Positions 36,700 through 45,538 of a stretch of 64,000 nucleotides of DNA are shown here, piece after piece (the stretch's first letter is position 1; the number at the start of each line of letters is the position of its first letter). Where the stretch lies: the NCBI GenBank assembly GCA_964570285.1, contig CAZMXP010000008.1, positions 36,659-100,658 on the forward strand, given 5' to 3'. The stretch is from an uncultured Planctomycetaceae bacterium. GTDB taxonomy: Bacteria > Planctomycetota > PLA2. Both the position numbers and the translations under genes were made by a program. The notes beneath the pieces were generated by a model, which saw only the letters and a list, made by a program, of their open reading frames with translations, did no database searches and was not told the DNA's origin.

Positions 36700-38480
36700 C
36701 GGATGCCCTCCTGCGGGACCTTCAGCGAGACCCGGATCGGCAGCGGTTCGGGAGAGTGCCGCTCGACCTCGAGGCTGAAGCGCTGCACGTCCCCGGAACT
36801 CCCCTCTTCCGCGAATCCCATGCGGGGGAAGAGGTCGGCGACCATCTTGTTCTTGGAGCTGGGGCGGTACTGGCCGACGACGCGGGTGCAGCCCAGCTCG
36901 CGCGCACGCTCGCAGAGGAGCGTGATCGTCAGCTCCTCGACCTTGCGGCCGAGAACGCGGCAGCTCATCACCCAGGTGTCCACGACGAGGTCGGTGCCGT
37001 CGCGCTCGGCCACGACGCAGACGACGATGCCGTTGTCGCCCAGCCGGTCGAGCAGCCGGATCGTGAAGGTGAGATGGCGCTCCGACGCCGCGAACCCGGC
37101 GAGGGCGGCATCCCCGTGGCGGTAGGTCGTCAGGTTGAACTGGTTGCTCCGCTGGATGAGCTGGGCGACGCGGGGAAGCGAATAGCGGCTGAACGGGGCG
37201 ACCTCGGCGACCATGTCGAGGTTCTTGAGGTAGGACTCGAGGTCGGCGAACGAGTCGCGAAGCTCCACGCGCTTCACGTTCGCCTTGTACATGCCGACGC
37301 GCTCCAGGTCCTCCTCGGTGAAGTCGGGGGTCTCGAAGAGGTTCCAGCGGGCCAGCGCGCTCACGAACTCGGCGGGATCCTCGGGCATGTCGGGGACCTG
37401 GACCTCCGGCAGCGCCGTGCGGACGAGGTCGCGCTCGAACGGCGAGTCGTCGAGGAAGACGAACGAGTCGAGCCCGAGATCGAGCATCTCGCGGATCCGC
37501 CGGATGTTGCCCGCCTTGTTCTCGTAGTTCGCGATGAACGCGACGATCGCATCCTCCTTCAGCACCATCTCGGGGTGCGTGCGGAAGGCCTCGCGCGCGG
37601 TCTCCTCGTGGTTCTTGCTGCAGACCGCGAGCAGGATGCCGCGGTCCTTGAGCTGCGCGATCGACCGCTGGAAGCGCTGGAAGGCGAGGCCGACGCCGGC
37701 GTCCCCGAGTTCGATCCCGTCCACGCCGTCGTCGCCGAGGATGCCGGACCAGAGCGTGTTGTCGAGGTCGAGCACGACGCACTTCGCCATCGCGCCGAGC
37801 CGCGCGAGGATCACGTCGCTGACGACCTTCGCGAGAGGCGGCAGGAACTTCGGCGAGAGCGCCTGCTTCGCCTGGCACCAGAAGCGTTCGCTCAGCCACT
37901 CCCGCTTGCCGTGGTAGGCGGCCTGGTAGTCGTTGTCGACCACGGCGACCCCCTTGCGCGACGCGGACGCCTCCGCGAGGAGGTCGTTGATGCGCCGCAC
38001 CGCGAACGGGAACGACGCGGGGCACTGCGACGTGTAGTTGCCGAACGGCCGCTCCAGCGGCAGGCAGTAGTTGTGGTGGATGACGGTGACGGAGCCGCCC
38101 TCGAGCAGGCGGTCCCAGTGGTGCACGATCTCCGCCGCGACCGCGCTCGCGAACCCGGGCTTGTCCTGCGCGTCGGCCCACCGGTCCTGCAGCGTCTGCA
38201 CCGCCTGGAAGAGCACGACAAAGACGGGACGATGCGCGTAGAGCCCGCTCCGGGGATCGAGGATCTCCTGGCTGATCTGCCGGAACTCCGCCTCGTAGAT
38301 GTGCGGCCAGCAGCCGCGCAGCTTGAGGACCGCCGCGAGGGTCTGCGTGTAGTTCTGCGTCGCGCAGTCCCCGAGGACGGCGATCCTCGACGAACGCGCG
38401 CACTTCTCCGGGGTGGCTTCGGCCGCCTGCGCGGCCAACTGGGGAATGGAAAGCTCCGCGAGCTTCCAGGCCTGCATCAT
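36696..38480 (-). CDS. FkbH-like HAD-superfamily IIIC phosphatase/acyltransferase.
   Basis: ...KCVVLDLDNTLWSGILGDDGV... (HAD motif I, DxDxT); ...FLDDSPFER... (motif III). C-terminal GNAT-like part. Start MMQAWK with GGAGGA RBS. Confidence 0.7.
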   Translation of the reverse strand: MMQAWKLAELSIPQLAAQAAEATPEKCARSSRIAVLGDCATQNYTQTLAAVLKLRGCWPHIYEAEFRQISQEILDPRSGLYAHRPVFVVLFQAVQTLQDRWADAQDKPGFASAVAAEIVHHWDRLLEGGSVTVIHHNYCLPLERPFGNYTSQCPASFPFAVRRINDLLAEASASRKGVAVVDNDYQAAYHGKREWLSERFWCQAKQALSPKFLPPLAKVVSDVILARLGAMAKCVVLDLDNTLWSGILGDDGVDGIELGDAGVGLAFQRFQRSIAQLKDRGILLAVCSKNHEETAREAFRTHPEMVLKEDAIVAFIANYENKAGNIRRIREMLDLGLDSFVFLDDSPFERDLVRTALPEVQVPDMPEDPAEFVSALARWNLFETPDFTEEDLERVGMYKANVKRVELRDSFADLESYLKNLDMVAEVAPFSRYSLPRVAQLIQRSNQFNLTTYRHGDAALAGFAASERHLTFTIRLLDRLGDNGIVVCVVAERDGTDLVVDTWVMSCRVLGRKVEELTITLLCERARELGCTRVVGQYRPSSKNKMVADLFPRMGFAEEGSSGDVQRFSLEVERHSPEPLPIRVSLKVPQEGIR

Positions 38481-38664
38481 GTCCTCCGGGTCAGAAAGCA
38501 ACCCCCACAACCATCGGCATTTGCGCCACGCGAGTATAGGGCGCGAGACGGCCCCACGCCCCATCCTGGGGAGGGCCGACCAGAAGCCGCGCCGTCGGGG
38601 GGGCGCGGGGGGCGTGGCCCGGAGTGCCGCCGCTCCCGCGACCACGCCCGGCCCTGAAGCGCGG

Positions 38665-39084
38665 CTACGGCTCCATCATCGAGTGGGCACTCTCCCCCGT
38701 CGCGAGCAGGCGGCCCGACTCCTCCTCGACCTTGAGTCGGATCCGGACCGAGCGCACGGCGGCGCTCACCTGCGCCACCGTGGCGGTGAGGCGGAGGCGG
38801 CAGGGGGCGTAGCAGGGGGCGCGGAAGACGAGATCGAGCTTCTGGAGCAGGCTCAGCGAGCCGGGCATCTCGGTCCCCACGAGGCGCGACACGAAGGCCG
38901 CGAGCAGCGCGCCGTGCACGAGCGTGCCGGAGAACCCGCGCGTTCCTGCATAGGCCGCATCGGTGTGCAGCGGGGCATCGTCCCCGCTCAGCTCGATGAA
39001 GCGCCTGACCGTGTCGGGGGTGATCTCGACCTGCAGCACGGCCTCGTCCCCCGCCTTGAGTTCCTCGAGCCGTCGTGCCGTCAT
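38665..39084 (-). CDS. MaoC-like (hot-dog fold) dehydratase.
   Basis: ...ELSGDDAPLHTDAAYAGTRGFSGTLVHGAL... MaoC signature. Confidence 0.7.
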   Translation of the reverse strand: MTARRLEELKAGDEAVLQVEITPDTVRRFIELSGDDAPLHTDAAYAGTRGFSGTLVHGALLAAFVSRLVGTEMPGSLSLLQKLDLVFRAPCYAPCRLRLTATVAQVSAAVRSVRIRLKVEEESGRLLATGESAHSMMEP

Positions 39085-39114
39085 GCCCGCGGATTGTACG
39101 GACCCGCCCCCCCT

Positions 39115-40401
39115 TCAGTTCGACCGGAGCGCGCGGATGGGATCGATCCTCGCCGCGCGGGCGGCGGGATAGAGGCCGCCGGCGACACTCACCAGCGTCG
39201 CGAAGAGCAGCGCGCCCCAGAGCAGCCACGCCGGGAAGTGGAAGACGGCCACGCGGGTCTCCACGCCCTGCGCGCCCGCATAGGCGTTGACGAAGAAGCC
39301 GAGCAGCCACGAGACGGCGCGGCCGAGCGCGAGCCCGCCCAACCCGCCCGCCAGTCCGACGACCAGCGCCTCGACGAGGAAGATCGTGCGGATGTCGCCG
39401 TCGGAGGCGCCGATCGCCTTGTAGACGCCGATCTCGGTCGTCCGCTCCAGCACCGCGACGATCAGCGTGTTGAGGATGCCGAGCCCCGCCACGACGAGGG
39501 CCACCGAGCCGACCGCCGCGAGCAGGATCTCGAGCACGAGGAAGAACCGCTTCATCTCCTCGCTGCGGCCGAGGAGCGTCGTCGTGGCGTATCCGAGTTC
39601 CCGGATGCTCTTCTCGATGCCAAGCACGTGCGACGGCCGCTCCGCGACCACGATGACCTGGCTGTAGCCCTCCCCCTCCGGCCCGTGGCCGCGTTTCAGG
39701 CGGTCGAACGCGCCCCGATAGCGGCTCCCCGGCAGTTCCCGGATCAGCTCGATCGGCAGCAGGACGACATCCCCACCGAGATGGAACGCCTGCGCCGGGG
39801 GCTCGAAGACGCCGGCCACCGTGACCGTCGCCTCGCGCTCCTCGTACTGGAACCGCTCCTCCTCCTCGGGCGTCAGGCCGCGCGCCCGCAGCACGATCGC
39901 CTGCCCGACCGCGTCGGCCGCCCCGCCAAACCCGAGGCGCCGCGCGAGCGCCCCGGCGATCAGCGCCTCCGCGACCGCTCCCCGCTCGAAGAGGCGCCCC
40001 GCGACGAGCAGCCCCCGGAGGTAGCCGAGACCGCCCCCCTCCGACGGGAGCCCCAGCGCGAGCCCGCGCTCCGTGCGGTCTCCGCGGCGGATCTCGATGT
40101 CGGCGAGCCGGAAGTGCGGATAGGCCGCCGCAACGTGAGGCAGTGCGGCCAATCGCGCGATGGTGTCGTCGGTCAGCGGGAGCGTCTCGCCCGGTTGCAC
40201 CTGGATGCGCTGGAGGATCTCCATCTGGCGGAACGACTCCTGGCCCTCGCGCTGCAGCCCGAGCGCGAAGCCCACCATCGAGACGAGCGCGCCGGTGGCG
40301 ATGGCCACGCCTGCCGCCGTGAGGCCCAGGCGAAGCGGCGTCCGCCGCGCCCCTTCGAGCGCGAGCTTCGCGAGGTCCCAGGTCCGCGCCAGCGCCCTCA
40401 T
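39115..40401 (-). CDS. ABC transporter permease, FtsX/LolC/LolE family.
   Basis: N-terminal TM, large periplasmic loop and C-terminal three-TM FtsX domain. ATGA overlap with the upstream ATPase gene. Confidence 0.75.
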   Translation of the reverse strand: MRALARTWDLAKLALEGARRTPLRLGLTAAGVAIATGALVSMVGFALGLQREGQESFRQMEILQRIQVQPGETLPLTDDTIARLAALPHVAAAYPHFRLADIEIRRGDRTERGLALGLPSEGGGLGYLRGLLVAGRLFERGAVAEALIAGALARRLGFGGAADAVGQAIVLRARGLTPEEEERFQYEEREATVTVAGVFEPPAQAFHLGGDVVLLPIELIRELPGSRYRGAFDRLKRGHGPEGEGYSQVIVVAERPSHVLGIEKSIRELGYATTTLLGRSEEMKRFFLVLEILLAAVGSVALVVAGLGILNTLIVAVLERTTEIGVYKAIGASDGDIRTIFLVEALVVGLAGGLGGLALGRAVSWLLGFFVNAYAGAQGVETRVAVFHFPAWLLWGALLFATLVSVAGGLYPAARAARIDPIRALRSN

Positions 40402-41129
40402 CGCCCCCGCGCCCCCTCGAGACCCCCGTCGCGCAGGCGGAGCACGCGACCGCGGAGGCGCCCCGCCGACTCCTCGTCGTGCGTCGCGAGCACGACCGTC
40501 GTGCCGAATTCGCCGTTGATCTCGCAGAGCAGTTCCATCACGGCCTCCGCGTTCGCGCGGTCGAGGTTCCCCGTCGGCTCGTCGGCGAGCAGCAGGCGCG
40601 GGCGGTGGACGATCGCCCGGGCGAGGGCGACGCGCTGCTGTTCGCCCCCGGAGAGCTGGCTCGGACGGTGCCCGGCGCGCGCGCCCATGCCGAGGCGCCG
40701 CAGCGCCTCGCGCGCGAGGTCCCGGCGGAGGTGCGCCTCGGCGCCTTGGATCGTCAGCGCCAGCGCCACGTTCTGCTCGGCGGTCATGCTGGGGATGAGA
40801 TGGAAGGCCTGGAAGACGAAGCCGACCTCGCGGCGCCGGTAGAGCGCCCGCTGCTCCGACGTGAGCGAGCCGAGGTCGCGCCCGCCGACCGCCACGCTCC
40901 CCTCCGAGGGCCGGTCGAGCCCCCCGAGCAGATGGAGCAGCGTGGACTTCCCCGACCCGCTCCTCCCGGTGAGGCAGACGAACTCGCCCGCGGCGATGTC
41001 GAGGTCCACGCGGTCGAGCGCCCGCACGACCGCGGAGCCCACCGCGTAGCAGCGCGAGAGACCCCGCGCGACGGCCAAGGGCCCCTGCGCGCCGGGTGCG
41101 CCGCTCGGCGCGGTCTGCTCCGTAGGCAA
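40398..41129 (-). CDS. ABC transporter ATP-binding protein (LolD/MacB-type).
   Basis: Walker A GRSGSGKSTLL; LSGGEQQRVALARA; Walker B LLLADEPTGNLD. Confidence 0.85.
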   Translation of the reverse strand: MPTEQTAPSGAPGAQGPLAVARGLSRCYAVGSAVVRALDRVDLDIAAGEFVCLTGRSGSGKSTLLHLLGGLDRPSEGSVAVGGRDLGSLTSEQRALYRRREVGFVFQAFHLIPSMTAEQNVALALTIQGAEAHLRRDLAREALRRLGMGARAGHRPSQLSGGEQQRVALARAIVHRPRLLLADEPTGNLDRANAEAVMELLCEINGEFGTTVVLATHDEESAGRLRGRVLRLRDGGLEGARGR

Positions 41130-41195
41130 GGCTCGCGATTCTAGCCCGCGGTGCGAGGGGGCGCCGGCGCCTCGCGGGCCGGCGCCCCCCGGAGG

Positions 41196-43001
41196 TCACG
41201 CGCCGGCGCGTGCGCGCAGGCGCCTGCGCGCGGCGGCGGCGAGCCCCCCGATCCCGAGCAGGACGATCGTCGCGAGGTCCGCGCTGCCCCCGCCGCCGGG
41301 GGCCACCGGCGGCGCGGTCGCCGACGCGGGCGCGTAGGTGACCGAGGCCACGGCGACGCCGCTCGACCACTGGCCGGAGACGTCGCGGAAGCGCGCGTAG
41401 ACGTTCTTGGCGCCCGGGCTGATGCTTCCGCCGTACGCGTAGAGCGGCCAGTTCGCGCGCACCGAGGCGAAGGGCTCCGGCGGCGACCAGACCGTGTTGT
41501 CATTGGAGAAGCTCATCTGCGCGCCCGAACCCATGCCGGCGCCGGGCTGCGTGATGGAGAGCTGCAGGTCGACGGTCAGGTCGGGCGTCTCCGCGGCGCC
41601 GCTGCCGACGCGGACGGTTCCCGCGGGCGTGCCGGAGGCGGGGGGGGGCGCGGGGGGGGGCGTCGGAGGAGGCGTCGGGGAGCTGACCTCGCCCTTGATC
41701 GCGCCGTCGAGCTTCCATCCGGGATTGGTGCCCTCGCCCGCGTACGCGCCGCGGAAGGTCGCCGACCCCTTGGCCGTGCCGTTGAAGTCGCGGGCGTAGT
41801 CCGCGTGCCCGGTGAAGGCGGAGAGGTCGAGCGCGCTCCCTTGGCACTTCCCGGGATGCGGGTAGAAGTCCATCGACCCGAGCGTCGTGCTCGGCTGCTT
41901 CACGTGGAGATAGGCGTTCGCCGTCGTGTCGCTGATGTTGCCCGAGGAGTTCGTGATGCTGCCCGTCGCCCCCCGGTTCGTGAACATCAGGTTGCCCACC
42001 ACGCTGTGCCCCTCGCTGGCCGAGTTCGCGAAGTGGATCGCCCGGTCCATCGAGTAGAACGTGTTGTTGTAGACGTGGGCGAGCTTGAGCGTCTTGTTGT
42101 GGTTCGTGAGGTAGATGCCCGTGCCCGCGCAATCGACGAAGACGTTGTCGTGGATCGCGACGCGCCCCTCCGCCTGGATCAGCGATTCGCGGCCGTTGCG
42201 GCAGAAGAGGTTCCCGTAGACCTCGTAGAGGTCCGAGGAGCCGTTGCCCGAGTCGGGGAACCCGCCGAGCAGCAGATTGGGACGGGGCCCGTCCTCGTTG
42301 GGAAGCGTTCCCTTGATGAAGACGTTGTGGCGGATGATCGTCTTCTGCGGGGTCGTCGGCATGCCGGAGACGCCGGACCGCGAGTTCTGGTGCTTGATCT
42401 GCATGTTGTACCCCTTCGAGTCGAGGAAGAGGTTGTACTCGATCAAGCCTCCGATGAACGGCGCCGCCCCGTCGGAGTTCCCGAAGTAGATGCCGGTGCC
42501 CGCGGCGACGATCGTGTTGCGGCGCACGATCCAGCCCCAGGTGGTCGTCTTCGTCGAGATCCCGACGGTCTGCTGGTGCGCGCCGTGGCCCACGATCGTG
42601 CAGTTCTCGATGCGGACATGGTGCGTGTCGCTGCCCGCCGCGCTGATCCCGAAGATCCCGTCGATGTTCTGGCCGTCGATGACGAGGTTCTCGAGCGCGA
42701 AGTAGCTGCCGGTGCGGATCTCGATCGTGTTGCAACAGACCCTCGGATCGCCGAGGAACCGCGGCTTGGGACCCGTGTCGGGCCCCTTGATCGTGATCCA
42801 CGCGTCCGGCGTGCCGTTCACGTCGCGGATGTTCAGGAGTCCGGTGTAATCGCCCGGTGCAAGGACCAACGTGTCGCCCGGCTTCAAGGTCGAGAGGAGC
42901 GCCTTGTAGTTGGTCTGGTCGGCTTGGATGGTCGCCGCTTGCGCGACGCCCGCGGAACAATATAGGAGAAGGGCCCCGAGGACCCATGCTGTCTTACCCA
43001 T
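41196..43001 (-). CDS. Secreted right-handed beta-helix (pectate-lyase-fold) protein with a Pro/Thr linker and a C-terminal TM-plus-RRR sorting-like tail.
   Basis: Signal peptide MGKTAWVLGALLLYCSAGVAQA. Repeated ...NTI/NCTIVG/NNTF... beta-helix coil motifs. C-terminus ...GGGGSADLATIVLLGIGGLAAAARRRLRARAGA. Confidence 0.65.
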   Translation of the reverse strand: MGKTAWVLGALLLYCSAGVAQAATIQADQTNYKALLSTLKPGDTLVLAPGDYTGLLNIRDVNGTPDAWITIKGPDTGPKPRFLGDPRVCCNTIEIRTGSYFALENLVIDGQNIDGIFGISAAGSDTHHVRIENCTIVGHGAHQQTVGISTKTTTWGWIVRRNTIVAAGTGIYFGNSDGAAPFIGGLIEYNLFLDSKGYNMQIKHQNSRSGVSGMPTTPQKTIIRHNVFIKGTLPNEDGPRPNLLLGGFPDSGNGSSDLYEVYGNLFCRNGRESLIQAEGRVAIHDNVFVDCAGTGIYLTNHNKTLKLAHVYNNTFYSMDRAIHFANSASEGHSVVGNLMFTNRGATGSITNSSGNISDTTANAYLHVKQPSTTLGSMDFYPHPGKCQGSALDLSAFTGHADYARDFNGTAKGSATFRGAYAGEGTNPGWKLDGAIKGEVSSPTPPPTPPPAPPPASGTPAGTVRVGSGAAETPDLTVDLQLSITQPGAGMGSGAQMSFSNDNTVWSPPEPFASVRANWPLYAYGGSISPGAKNVYARFRDVSGQWSSGVAVASVTYAPASATAPPVAPGGGGSADLATIVLLGIGGLAAAARRRLRARAGA

Positions 43002-43334
43002 GAGACTCCTATCGGCGGCGCGCCGCGGCCCGTCGGAGCGCGGAAGAGAGGCGAGGGGAGAGGAATCGGAGCGAATCGTCGCTCGTTGAAACGTCACTGT
43101 GCCGTACCGCGACACGCGGCGAGGATGCGGCGATCGGCCGCGCGCCGCCTTGCCTTTGTCGTCGTCCTCCGCACGCGCACGCCGCCGCCCCGATGTGATA
43201 CGGCCGCGGCCGCGACCGCGCGGCGGCACGCGGTTTCCCGCCGCGAAGTTTCGGGGCGATACTGGACGCCGCATCGCCGAGGGCTATCCTCCTCGCGGAG
43301 GCCGGCTGCATGCCTACCGCCACGGCGGTGCGCT

Positions 43335-43440
43335 GCGAAGGACTCCGATAAAGGCAACCCCGGGGGAACCCGGAGGACGCAAAACTATAGGGCCCGTTCC
43401 CCTTCAGCGCGAAGGGGCGGGGCAGCCAGTTACCGAAGAG
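43335..43440 (+). promoter_or_regulatory. c-di-GMP-I (GEMM) riboswitch-like 5' leader, copy 2, upstream of lipoprotein 43502.
   Basis: About 95% identical to copy 1 over ~100 nt (...CUCCGAUAAAGGCAACCCCGGGGGAACCCGGAGGACGCAAAACUAUAGGGCCCGUUCCCCUUCAGCGCGAAGGGGCGGGGCAGCCAGUUACCGAAG). Followed by a hairpin GGGGAUCCUCCCC and a GGAGG RBS. Confidence 0.65.
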
Positions 43441-43501
43441 TTCGTCGACGCGACGGCGCGGCGGGGATCCTCCCCTCCGGGCTCTCGCTTGGAGGTTAGG
43501 A

Positions 43502-45259
43502 ATGTCCTTGTTCAGTCGCACCCGGGGGTGGACGCGCCGCGCGCTCCCCCTCGTTTCCCTGCTGGCGCTGGCCGCCTGCACGCCGTTCGAGCTGAACGTC
43601 TCGAGCGGCTCGAACGGAAGCGCCGCCGCGCCGCTCTCGTTCTTCCTGCCGTCGACCGGCAGCGTCATCGGCACCGCGCGCGTGCTCTCCGTCTCCGGGG
43701 ACGGCGTCGACCAGGCGGTCTTCGAGCTGGACGGCGAGGCGATCTTCACCGACGAGTCCTCCCCCTTCGAGTGGACGCTCGAGCCGGCCCACTTCCCGGC
43801 GGGCAGCCACACGGTCGGGATCGCGGCGCGCCAGAACGGCGTGCGCCGCAGCGTCTCGTCCCGCGTGACGCTCGAGGCGGTGGCCGGCGAGCCGGCTCCC
43901 GTGCCCCCCGCGCCGGCGCCCGTGCCCCCCGCGCCCCCTGCGCCTCCGGCCCCGCCGCCCGCGCCGACGGTCCAGTTCGTCACGCCCGCGAACGGCGCCA
44001 CGGTCTCGGCGCCGACGGTCCTGACCGTGACGGGCGACGGGGTCACGGCGGCCCGTTTCCATGTCGATGGCGCGGAGAAGTCCTACGACACCTCCGCACC
44101 GTTCCAGTGGACGCTCGATCCGGCCGCCATCCCGGCCGGCTCACGCACGATCCTCATCCACGGGATCTACTCCGGGGGCATGGCGACGCACTCCGTGACG
44201 CTCACGATCGTCGCTCCCGCGCCCGACCCCGCCGTGCCGAGCGACGTGCTCACGGCCATCCAGACGCTGCAGCCGGGCCAGTGGTACGAGATCCCGAACT
44301 CGAAGCTGCGCCCCTTCGCCCCGAACCCGCAGCCGACGGGCGACTTCCGCTCCGTCATCAACGCCTGGTGCAGCGGTGCCTACGACACCAAGCGTGACCA
44401 GTACATCGTCTGGGGCGGCGGCCACGGGGACTACTCCGGCAACGAGATCTATGCGTTCAGCATGAAGACCTTCACGTGGAAGCGCCTCACGGAGCCGAGC
44501 GCCTTCCCGCCCGGCGACCCCAACAACAGCGGCGACAAGGGCGCGCATCCCGACAACGCGCCGATCTCGCGCCACTCCTACGACATGATCGACTACCTGC
44601 CGGGCGCGGACCGGTTCATCTGCGCCGGCGGATTCGGCATCTGGAGGAGCGGCCAGTTCAACGACTTCAACACCTATCTCTTCGACTTCGACACGAAGGT
44701 CTGGTCGATCAAGGCCAAGGTCCCCTGCTACGGAAGCAACACCGCGGTGGGACCCGACGGCCGGCTCTGGATGCAGGGGGACTACGGCGCGAACACGGCG
44801 CTGACGGCCTACGACCCCAAGACGGACACGTGGACCAAGTACGCGCCCTGGGGCGGCTGGCTCAACCCCTACAAGACCTCCGAGATCGACCCCGTGAACA
44901 ACAAGTTCGTGATGGTCGGCAACCAGGAGTGCCGCATCTGGGACCTCAACAACCCGCTCGCCGCCGGCGTGAGGGCGGCCACGACGGGCGCGACCGAGAT
45001 CCAGAACGTCAACTACCCGGGTGTCAGCTACGACCCGGTGGCGAAGAAGATCTTCGCCTGGGGGAGCGGGTCGACGGTCTACAACCTCGACGTGCCCACC
45101 CTCGTGTGGAGCTCGAGGCAGACGACGGGCCGCAACACCACCCCGCCGAAGGCGACGTACAACGGCACGAACGGCCGGATCCGCTACGTCCCCTCGCTGA
45201 AGGTGTTCGTGGTGATCAACCACGTCGACGAGAACGTCTTCGTCTTCAGGAACTCCTGA
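43502..45259 (+). CDS. Secreted lipoprotein with two Ig-like/BIG-like domains, a Pro-rich linker and a C-terminal beta-propeller-like domain.
   Basis: Lipobox LALAAC. Duplicated ...FELDGEAIFTDESSPFEWTL... and ...FHVDGAEKSYDTSAPFQWTL... segments. PAPVPPAPAPVPPAPP linker. Confidence 0.7.
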   Translation: MSLFSRTRGWTRRALPLVSLLALAACTPFELNVSSGSNGSAAAPLSFFLPSTGSVIGTARVLSVSGDGVDQAVFELDGEAIFTDESSPFEWTLEPAHFPAGSHTVGIAARQNGVRRSVSSRVTLEAVAGEPAPVPPAPAPVPPAPPAPPAPPPAPTVQFVTPANGATVSAPTVLTVTGDGVTAARFHVDGAEKSYDTSAPFQWTLDPAAIPAGSRTILIHGIYSGGMATHSVTLTIVAPAPDPAVPSDVLTAIQTLQPGQWYEIPNSKLRPFAPNPQPTGDFRSVINAWCSGAYDTKRDQYIVWGGGHGDYSGNEIYAFSMKTFTWKRLTEPSAFPPGDPNNSGDKGAHPDNAPISRHSYDMIDYLPGADRFICAGGFGIWRSGQFNDFNTYLFDFDTKVWSIKAKVPCYGSNTAVGPDGRLWMQGDYGANTALTAYDPKTDTWTKYAPWGGWLNPYKTSEIDPVNNKFVMVGNQECRIWDLNNPLAAGVRAATTGATEIQNVNYPGVSYDPVAKKIFAWGSGSTVYNLDVPTLVWSSRQTTGRNTTPPKATYNGTNGRIRYVPSLKVFVVINHVDENVFVFRNS

Positions 45260-45538
45260 CCCGGCTCGGGCCGGAACCGGGGCCTCCGCGCGACCGCGCG
45301 GGGGCCCCGCCGCATTTCCGCGGCCTTGGGAGCCTGTCCGGACCATGGCCCTCGTCCACGCTTCGAGGCCGACCGGACCGCGAGAACTCCCGGGGCCGAG
45401 GAAGATGTTGCGTATCCGCAGCCGTTGGGGGAACCTGTCCCGCTCCCGGGGTCGGTTCGGCCGCGGCACCCGGAGCGGCGGGAGAACGCCGCGCGTGTGC
45501 CGCGACGGAGACCCGGGCCAGACGACACCGCACGCACG

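Noticed and set aside
36157-37125. 322-aa plus-strand ORF overlapping GNAT, ACP and FkbH.
   Set aside because: Antisense to three well-supported genes.
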